From Candidatus Latescibacterota bacterium (GTDB lineage Bacteria > Latescibacterota > UBA2968): a stretch of 47,818 nucleotides of DNA. Shown here one piece after another: positions 11,502-18,262 of this stretch. The notes beneath the pieces are model-generated. The model had not been told where the DNA came from and did no database searches. It saw only the letters and a program-made list of their open reading frames with translations. A program made the position numbers and the translations under genes. Each line of letters opens with the position of its first letter. Positions within the stretch are counted from its first letter, which is position 1. The stretch covers positions 1 through 47,818 of the forward strand of contig JAYODI010000040.1 of the NCBI GenBank assembly GCA_038279365.1, given 5' to 3'.

Positions 11502-11541
11502 AAAAAAAGCCCGATCACACAAAATGTGATCGGGCTTTTTT
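11502..11541 (-). terminator. Intrinsic terminator after the Cys-repeat gene
   Basis: A7-GCCCGATCACA-loop-TGTGATCGGGC-T6. Confidence 0.88.
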
Positions 11542-11556
11542 ATTGGTTCAATACTT

Positions 11557-12135
11557 TTAGTTGGTTGTTGTTGCTGTGGGAATAACACCGGCGAGTGTGG
11601 TTTTAGATGCCGTGGTTTTAACCCCATCAGTGGCACAACACGATTTGCCATCGGTGGCAAGTGATGCCATTGTTGTTGTTTTGGCACCACAGGCTTCTCC
11701 ACTGGTTACCAAGGAAGCTGTTGTGGCTGTTGCATCACACGATTTGCCATCGGTGGCAAGTGATGCCATTGTTGTTTTGGCACCACAAGCTTCACCCGCA
11801 TTTGCCATTGAAGCGGTTGTTGCAGATGTTTTGGCACCACAGGCTTCACCTTTGGTTGTCAATGCCGCTTGATGTTTGGCTTCGTAGGGGCAACTGCCAC
11901 TTTCAAGTGCAGCGGTTTGTACTTTGGGGGTAAAGACCGCGTTTTGTGTCATAGATGCTTTGGTGCCCATGTCGTCGGCACAACACGATTTGTCACCACC
12001 TGATGTAAAAATGGCCTGAGTGGGTTGGCTTTGTGCGGTTTCTGTCGTGCAGAAAGTACCCGATGCATATGCTGTAAATCCGGCCAATCCAACAACAACT
12101 GTGCCTGCAAGAATGGCTGTTTTAATGCTGATCAT
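11557..12135 (-). CDS. Exported low-complexity Cys/Thr/Ala-repeat protein (10 Cys)
   Basis: N-terminal hydrophobic signal (…GFTAYA), repeats GEACGAKT x3 and (D/G)(G/D)KSC x3; GAGGAG RBS, own promoter and terminator. Confidence 0.8.
   Translation of the reverse strand: MISIKTAILAGTVVVGLAGFTAYASGTFCTTETAQSQPTQAIFTSGGDKSCCADDMGTKASMTQNAVFTPKVQTAALESGSCPYEAKHQAALTTKGEACGAKTSATTASMANAGEACGAKTTMASLATDGKSCDATATTASLVTSGEACGAKTTTMASLATDGKSCCATDGVKTTASKTTLAGVIPTATTTN
11638..11850 (-). repeat. Intragenic tandem repeats in the Cys-repeat gene
   Basis: Identical 40-bp block ACACGATTTGCCATCGGTGGCAAGTGATGCCATTGTTGTT at 11638 and 11737; TTGGCACCACARGCTTCWCC at 11681, 11777 and 11831. Confidence 0.9.
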
Positions 12136-12183
12136 GTTATACTCCTCTTAATGCGGTGGAACCGGCTCTATCTTTCGCTTTTT

Positions 12184-12212
12184 AGTATAGCTGATATGAC
12201 AATGGATGTCAA
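12184..12212 (-). promoter_or_regulatory. Near-consensus sigma70 promoter of the Cys-repeat gene
   Basis: Minus strand TTGACA-tccattgtcatatcagc(17)-TATACT. Confidence 0.8.
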
Positions 12213-12214
12213 GG

Positions 12215-13123
12215 TCAGAGGCGGTCAAAAAAGAAGGCCAAGAGGCCCAAAATCATACCCCCTTTTAATGTGTGATTGAGATGGCGCAAGATTTTGGGCG
12301 TGCTTGCTTGGCGCAAGCGTATGAGCACGTAGATAAGTAACAGGTTGAGGAGGCAGGCAAGGGCAAAATAGATATTGCCATAAATGTCGATTAGTGCAGG
12401 CAAGGGGGTTAAAATCATTAATGTGGCATAGATGCCTGTAATGAGGATGCGTGCTGTAGATTTGCCCCAAGACAATGGAATGGTGCTGCCCATAAGGACC
12501 TGATCACCTGGTATATCTTCTAAGTCTTTTAGGATCTCTCGCCCCAAATGAAAAAGTACGGCAAACAATGCGGGCCATCGTGAAGGCGGGTAGGCGTGTG
12601 CGGCAAAACCACCATAAACAAATGCAAGCCCTCCCAAGGCACTTACAACAAGGTTACCCAGTAAGGGCACGCGTTTGAGCCAAAAATTATAGCCGATAAG
12701 GGCGATGACCGCAACAAGCACAATCCAGGGGGCAGGAGAAGGCAACAGAAAGCCAAGGATGAGGCCACCCAAAAGTAAAAAAAAGGTTAAGATGATGGCC
12801 ATTGTGGATGAGACTATGCCTGCGGGGAGGGGGCGTTGCGGTTTGTTGATGCGGTCTTCTTGCAGGCCACACAAATCGTTTAGTACATTGCCACCACCGG
12901 TAATAAGTGTGGCAGATATGGCCGCTAAGAGTAAGGAATTGGAAAGGGTGAGGGTGCCGAGCCATCCACCGAGTAAAACGGAGAAAAAGGTAATGGCGCA
13001 GTTGATGGGGCGAGGAATTTGGATGAGGCCAATAAGGTACTGAAGCACTTGGGGGCTCTCTCCTTCCCCCAAGTGTTCAGAAACATCATTTGGTTTAGAC
13101 GGTTTGTTCAAGTCCTGATTCAT
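12215..13123 (-). CDS. UbiA-family prenyltransferase, digeranylgeranylglyceryl-phosphate (DGGGP) synthase-like
   Basis: RPINC, GGNVLNDLCGLQEDRINKPQRPLPAG, LKRVPLLGNLVVS and REILKDLEDIPGD…TIP motifs; multiple TM helices. Start uncertain; overlaps the XPB gene end. Confidence 0.82.
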   Translation of the reverse strand: MNQDLNKPSKPNDVSEHLGEGESPQVLQYLIGLIQIPRPINCAITFFSVLLGGWLGTLTLSNSLLLAAISATLITGGGNVLNDLCGLQEDRINKPQRPLPAGIVSSTMAIILTFFLLLGGLILGFLLPSPAPWIVLVAVIALIGYNFWLKRVPLLGNLVVSALGGLAFVYGGFAAHAYPPSRWPALFAVLFHLGREILKDLEDIPGDQVLMGSTIPLSWGKSTARILITGIYATLMILTPLPALIDIYGNIYFALACLLNLLLIYVLIRLRQASTPKILRHLNHTLKGGMILGLLAFFFDRL

Positions 13124-14801
13124 CAAATATTTCTTGGGCGTCTTTGATGATGTAGCGATAACCTTGTTCGGTTAGGAAAGTTTGACGGTTGCGCGCAAAT
13201 TCTTGCTCGCGTGTGTCACGGGTAACAAGGCTATAAAAATAGGCCATACTGCCATCGCTTTTTGGGCGCAAAATACGGCCCAATCGTTGGGCTTCCTCTT
13301 GGCGTGATCCAAACGTACCCGAAATTTGGATGGCCACACTGGCATCGGGCAAGTCGATGGCAAAATTGGCGACTTTAGACACAATGAGCAATTTGCGTTC
13401 ACCGCGCCGAAATTCACCGTAGAGCCTGTCGCGATCTTCGTTGGGTGTTTTACCCATAATGATGGGCGCATTGAGCTCTTTGGCAATAATTTCGATTTGA
13501 TCAATGTACTGACCAATCACCAAAATTTGATCGTCTTTGTGCTTTTCTAAGAGGTGCCGGATCAGGTGAATTTTGTTGGCATTTTCTGCCGCAATGCGAA
13601 ACTTGCCCCGCCCGCCTGCCACGGCATATTCCAAGCGCATGTCTTGGGGAAGTGGCAGGCGAATTTCACAACACTCGGCCGTGGCAATCCACCCTTTGGC
13701 TTCTAATTCGCGCCAAGGTACATCGTAGCGCTTGGGACCAATGAGTGAAAACACATCGGTTTCGAGGCCATCTTCGCGCACCAATGTGGCCGTGAGACCC
13801 AAACGTCTTCGCGATTGAAGCTCTGCCGTAAATCGAAAGACGGGTGCTGGCAAGAGGTGGACTTCATCGTAAATGATGAGGCCCCAATTGCCTTGGTTAA
13901 AAATGGCAAAGTGAGGAAAGTCGTCTTCGCGCGATTTGCGGTAGGTGAGGATGTTGTAGGTGGCAATGGTAACGGGTTTGATTTCTTTAATTTCTCCCGA
14001 ATATTCGCCAATTTGATCAGCTTGGAGGTCGGTTTTGTCGAGCAGTTCTGACCGCCATTGCCGAGATGCCGTGATGTTGGTGGTGAGTATGAGGGTTTGG
14101 GTTTGTAAACGGGTCATTGCGGCAATGCCCACAATGGTTTTGCCAGCCCCACAGGGCAACACGATGGTGCCACTGCCACCGTCTGGGCCACCACCTGCGT
14201 GAAAAATATCGGCAGCTTCGGCCTGATAGTCTCGAAAACCAAATGGATTGCCCGACAAGGCGATGTCGCGTGGGGTGACCTTGAGTGATGTGCCTTGGAG
14301 GTAGCCTGCCGTATCTTTAACCGGGTAGCCCAAACGGGTGAGGGCTTGTTTGAGGTGGCCCCGATAGAGGGGGGCAATGCGCACCCGATTGGGCCCTAAT
14401 TGTTCTTCGATATAGGGTTTGACACTTTTATGGCGACACACTTCGGTGATGATAAGTGCATCTTCAGCAGAGAGTATGAGCGCGTCATTTTCACGCGAGA
14501 GCAACACTTTGCCATATCGTGCAATGGCTTCTTTAATTTCAATTTCTACATTTTGCGGAATGTCGTATTTGCTATAAGTTTCCAGAACCGACAGGATCTG
14601 GTCTGCTGTGATTTTTGATGCTGCCGCATTCCAGAGTGAGAGGGGGTGAATGCGGTAGGTGTGCATGTGCTCAGGGCTTTTTTCAAGCTCGGCAAAACGC
14701 ACCAATTCATTACGTGCCGCTTCATACTTGGGTGAGATGACTTCGAGTAAAACGGTGAGGTCACTCTGGATAATGAGTGGATTTTCGGGATTATAATTCA
14801 T
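13095..14801 (-). CDS. Bacterial XPB/Ssl2-like DNA helicase
   Basis: PLIIQSDLTVLLEV, FAELEKSPEHMHTYRIHPLSLWNAA, VLPCGAGKT, DEVHLLPAPVFR, GLTATLVREDG and SRQEEAQRLGRILRPK. Confidence 0.95.
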   Translation of the reverse strand: MNYNPENPLIIQSDLTVLLEVISPKYEAARNELVRFAELEKSPEHMHTYRIHPLSLWNAAASKITADQILSVLETYSKYDIPQNVEIEIKEAIARYGKVLLSRENDALILSAEDALIITEVCRHKSVKPYIEEQLGPNRVRIAPLYRGHLKQALTRLGYPVKDTAGYLQGTSLKVTPRDIALSGNPFGFRDYQAEAADIFHAGGGPDGGSGTIVLPCGAGKTIVGIAAMTRLQTQTLILTTNITASRQWRSELLDKTDLQADQIGEYSGEIKEIKPVTIATYNILTYRKSREDDFPHFAIFNQGNWGLIIYDEVHLLPAPVFRFTAELQSRRRLGLTATLVREDGLETDVFSLIGPKRYDVPWRELEAKGWIATAECCEIRLPLPQDMRLEYAVAGGRGKFRIAAENANKIHLIRHLLEKHKDDQILVIGQYIDQIEIIAKELNAPIIMGKTPNEDRDRLYGEFRRGERKLLIVSKVANFAIDLPDASVAIQISGTFGSRQEEAQRLGRILRPKSDGSMAYFYSLVTRDTREQEFARNRQTFLTEQGYRYIIKDAQEIFDESGLEQTV

Positions 14802-14839
14802 GGGGGTTGGGAGAGGCCTTTTTTAAAATTAAAAAAATG

Positions 14840-14881
14840 AAATGGCAAATGGCAAACGGCAAATGGCAAACGGCAAACGAA
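14840..14881. repeat. Heptamer tandem repeat (AAAYGGC)x5 plus a degenerate sixth copy
   Basis: aaatggc aaatggc aaacggc aaatggc aaacggc aaacgaa read directly. Confidence 0.9.
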
Positions 14882-14969
14882 TAAATCGTGTGATTTGATA
14901 GCGTGAACGATTGGGTGTTTGTTTTAGTGGTTTTACATTTGCCGTTTCACTTTTGGCGTTTTATAGACT

Positions 14970-16427
14970 TTACGCTTGTTGTTCGTAGCGTTCAACAACT
15001 GCGGCACCCACGGCATCGCCCCACACATTGATGGTGGTACGGCACCGGTCGAGGAACCAGTCGATGACAAGAATGAGGGTGATTCCTTCAATGGGCAATC
15101 CGACGGCTTTTAATACAATGACCATTGTAACCAAGCCTGCTTGTGGAATACCCGCAGCCCCAATGGCCGCCAATGTTGCGGTGAGGAAGATGACCACTTG
15201 TTCTACTGGGCCTAATACGATGCCGTAAACTTGGGCAATAAAAACGGCGGCAATGGCTTCATACAGTGCTGTGCCATCCATATTGATGGTGGCGCCTAAG
15301 GGCAAAACAAAACTGCCAGTGCGTTCTGAAACGCCATTTTTTTCGACCCCTTCAAGGGTGACAGGGAGCGTAGCAGAACTGGATGATGTGGAGAAGGCCG
15401 TTGAAAGGGCCGTAAGCATATTGCTGGCGTAAGTGAGCACGTTTTTCTTGGCAAAAAACATGAGAATGAGTGGCAATGTGATAAATCCGTGCAGAAGCAA
15501 GCCCAAGATAACGGTGCTGGCATACCAACCTAATTTGATGAGTTCGGGCAAAAAGCCTTCCCACCCACCCACAATGCTCATGCGCCCTGCTACAAGCCCA
15601 AAAACACCAATGGGTGTGAAGGCGACCACAATGTGCACAATTTTCATAATGGCTTCATTGATGCCATTGATGAGTGTCAATACTGGTTTGCCAACATCCC
15701 CCAAGGTAATGAGCACCCCACCAAATAAGAGCGAGAAAACAATCAGGGGTAAAATTTCGGTATTGACCATAGATGAAAATATATTGGTGGGAATCATGCC
15801 GACAATCACATCGACCAAGACATCAAAGATGGATCGGTCTTTACCGCGTACCACATCGGCCACGGCCAGGTCGATCGCTATGCCTGCGCCGTTTGATTGA
15901 GGCGTTACGGTTGCGCCTGTGCGTGGGTCTTCCCATCGTTTGACGCTCATTTGGGTGTTGTCGTGTGGTTTGCTGGGGTCTATCACGCCCGATAACTCTT
16001 GGTCTTTGAGGATAATCTGATATCGGTCATCGTAGGTTGTCGTGCCAAGTTGGGTGTTCAACAGGGTAACGCGAAGGTTGTCTACTTGATATTGCGCTTG
16101 AAGATGTGTTTCGCCACCGCGTGTTAAGCCCACTCCGGGCTGAATGATGTTGACCAAAGCCAAACCGACAATGACAGACAAGCCCGTGGTGGCCATATAA
16201 TAAATAATGGTGCGTTTGCCAATGCCGCCCAATTTGGTGAGGTCGCCCAAATTGGCCACGCCGACAATGAGTGATGCCACCACCAAGGGGACAACAATCA
16301 TTTTGAGGGCGTTCATAAATAATGTGCCCAAAAAGGCAACATAACCCGCTTCGGATGGAAATTGGCCACCAAAAAGTGCACCTGCAACAAGGCCAATGAT
16401 GATATATAACAGGAGTCGGTTGGACAT
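14970..16427 (-). CDS. Dicarboxylate/amino acid:cation symporter (GltP/DAACS family)
   Basis: ALKMIVVPLV, IPTNIF, AFSTSSSSATLP, PLGATINMDGTALY, IGAAGIP and DWFLDRCRTTINVWGD. Confidence 0.95.
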   Translation of the reverse strand: MSNRLLLYIIIGLVAGALFGGQFPSEAGYVAFLGTLFMNALKMIVVPLVVASLIVGVANLGDLTKLGGIGKRTIIYYMATTGLSVIVGLALVNIIQPGVGLTRGGETHLQAQYQVDNLRVTLLNTQLGTTTYDDRYQIILKDQELSGVIDPSKPHDNTQMSVKRWEDPRTGATVTPQSNGAGIAIDLAVADVVRGKDRSIFDVLVDVIVGMIPTNIFSSMVNTEILPLIVFSLLFGGVLITLGDVGKPVLTLINGINEAIMKIVHIVVAFTPIGVFGLVAGRMSIVGGWEGFLPELIKLGWYASTVILGLLLHGFITLPLILMFFAKKNVLTYASNMLTALSTAFSTSSSSATLPVTLEGVEKNGVSERTGSFVLPLGATINMDGTALYEAIAAVFIAQVYGIVLGPVEQVVIFLTATLAAIGAAGIPQAGLVTMVIVLKAVGLPIEGITLILVIDWFLDRCRTTINVWGDAVGAAVVERYEQQA

Positions 16428-16556
16428 AAGACACGCTCCGTATCGAGAGAGGGTAAAGAGAATGGTGAAGAAAAAAGACCAAGAAATCGAAATAAACCCC
16501 TGTTTTTCTTTTTCTTTTTTGCTTCATTCGTTTTTTATATTCTCAAATTGGCCTGA

Positions 16557-16585
16557 AGTATAAGGGAATCAAACCCATTTGTCAA
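16557..16585 (-). promoter_or_regulatory. Sigma70 promoter of the symporter gene
   Basis: Minus strand TTGACA-N17-TATACT. Confidence 0.7.
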
Positions 16586-16625
16586 TTTAACCTGCAAGAG
16601 GCCTAAATTTATAAAATAAAACGAT

Positions 16626-16654
16626 TTGACTTTGGCAAAAAGTTTATATAAATT
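16626..16654 (+). promoter_or_regulatory. Divergent sigma70 promoter for the 63-aa ORF
   Basis: TTGACT-N17-TAAATT preceded by an AT-rich UP-like tract. Confidence 0.55.
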
Positions 16655-16805
16655 TATCGCCAGTATGATTTTAGAGTGATTTTACTTTCTCATTCATTGT
16701 ATGCCCTGCGAATGATTGAGAAGGTGTCGCGTGCGAGGCGGGGCTTCTCTGACGGGTAAAAGGCTTGCAAATGTGAGTCGAAAGACCAGTGGAGGGGAGG
16801 GCTGT

Positions 16806-16997
16806 ATGGCGCAAGAGTTTCCACAGTGTTTGAAGTGTAACAACGGTATTTTATTGCCTTTGTCAGACTATGGGCGTGATGGTGCGTCTATAAAATACAA
16901 AGCGTGGGTGTGCAACAGTCCCGATTGTGGGTTTAATCTGCGCATTGACAATGGCGAAATCAGTATGGGTCGGAATATCACCGAGTCCTACAAATAG
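16806..16997 (+). CDS. Small zinc-ribbon-like protein (63 aa)
   Basis: CLKC…CNSPDC cysteine pairs; GGAGG RBS before the ATG at 16806; followed by a terminator hairpin. Confidence 0.8.
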   Translation: MAQEFPQCLKCNNGILLPLSDYGRDGASIKYKAWVCNSPDCGFNLRIDNGEISMGRNITESYK

Positions 16998-17003
16998 TAT
17001 TTG

Positions 17004-17044
17004 TTTCGGCGAGGGTCTTTGGACCTTCGCCGAAATTTATTTTC
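17004..17044 (+). terminator. Intrinsic terminator
   Basis: TTTCGGCGAGGGTC-loop-GACCTTCGCCGAAA followed by TTTATTTT. Confidence 0.8.
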
Positions 17045-17194
17045 CCGCAAAACTTCTCCAATCGGTTGGGTTTATTACTGCCGATTTTCTTTTTTGGAAC
17101 ACACTGACACGCCCGGTGTCTTTTATATGTGTGTTGTTTTCTCCCTTCCATCTCTTTCTATAATAAATAGAACGTAAATAGAACGCATTCAATT

Positions 17195-18262
17195 ATGGCA
17201 ACTTCTTGGTGGGCCTGGGATCGGCCCGTTTTGGGTATTGAGACGTCTTGTGATGAGACTGCAGCGGCAGTTATTGCCGATGGTCAAATTTTGTCCAATG
17301 TGGTGTTTTCGCAAACCGAGCACAGTGCTTATGGGGGCGTGGTGCCCGAGTTGGCGTCACGCAACCATGTGCGCAAAATCCTTCCTGTGATTCGTGAGGC
17401 ATTGTCAAAGGCCGAGTTGGATTTGACCGATTTGGGTGGCATTGTTGTCACGCAAGGCCCTGGCTTGGTCGGGTGTTTATTGGTGGGTGTTTCAACGGCC
17501 AAGGGTTTGGCAATGGGGGCCAATGTGCCTCTTCTGGGTGTGCATCATATAGAAGGACATTTGTTTGCGGGTGTCTTGGCGCATCCAGATCTAAAACCGC
17601 CTTTTATGTCTTTGGTAACCTCAGGTGGGCATACCGAGTTGATTTATGTGCCTCAGTTGGGCACCTATGAAATTTGGGGGCGCACACGTGATGATGCCGC
17701 CGGTGAAGCTTTTGACAAAGTGGCCAAATTGATGGGGTTATTAAAAGAGGGCGAAGTGACAATGGGCGGGCCGAGGGTTTCTATGTTGGCCAAAGAGGGG
17801 AATGATCGGGCTTTTGACTTTCCGCGTGGGCTGATGCACGATGATGCATTCGATTTTAGTTTTAGCGGTTTGAAGACGTCTGTGTTGTATTTGGTGCGCG
17901 ATATGGATAAGGACGATTTGGTGGCTCAGCAAGCTGATATTGCGGCGAGTTTTGAGTATGCCGTGACCGATGTATTGGCACATAAAACCATACAAGCAGC
18001 CAAAGCGGCCGGTGTGGAACGCATTTTGTTAAGTGGGGGGGTGGCTGCCAACCGACGGCTTCGATTGGAGTTGGAAACGCGGGCCCAAAAAGAGGGTCAA
18101 ACCGTATTTTATCCCCCCACCCAATTGTGTACAGATAACGCAGCCATGATTGCGGCGGTGGGGTCTTATCGCATGCGACAAGGTGAGCGTTCTGGGCTCG
18201 ATTTAAATGCCAACCCACGGTTGGTTTTGCCTGGTCGAAAAGAACGACAAGGTGGGTTATGA
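17195..18262 (+). CDS. tsaD: tRNA N6-adenosine threonylcarbamoyltransferase
   Basis: LGIETSCDET, GGVVPELASRNH, GPGLVGCL, HHIEGH, SGGHT, TRDDAAGEAFDKVA, FSFSGLKT, GGVAAN and CTDNAAMIA. Confidence 0.97.
   Translation: MATSWWAWDRPVLGIETSCDETAAAVIADGQILSNVVFSQTEHSAYGGVVPELASRNHVRKILPVIREALSKAELDLTDLGGIVVTQGPGLVGCLLVGVSTAKGLAMGANVPLLGVHHIEGHLFAGVLAHPDLKPPFMSLVTSGGHTELIYVPQLGTYEIWGRTRDDAAGEAFDKVAKLMGLLKEGEVTMGGPRVSMLAKEGNDRAFDFPRGLMHDDAFDFSFSGLKTSVLYLVRDMDKDDLVAQQADIAASFEYAVTDVLAHKTIQAAKAAGVERILLSGGVAANRRLRLELETRAQKEGQTVFYPPTQLCTDNAAMIAAVGSYRMRQGERSGLDLNANPRLVLPGRKERQGGL

Noticed and set aside
11638..11850. Repeats with spacer-like gaps that might suggest a CRISPR array
   Set aside because: They are in-frame coding repeats inside an ORF with promoter, RBS and signal peptide; only two to three copies; no cas genes.
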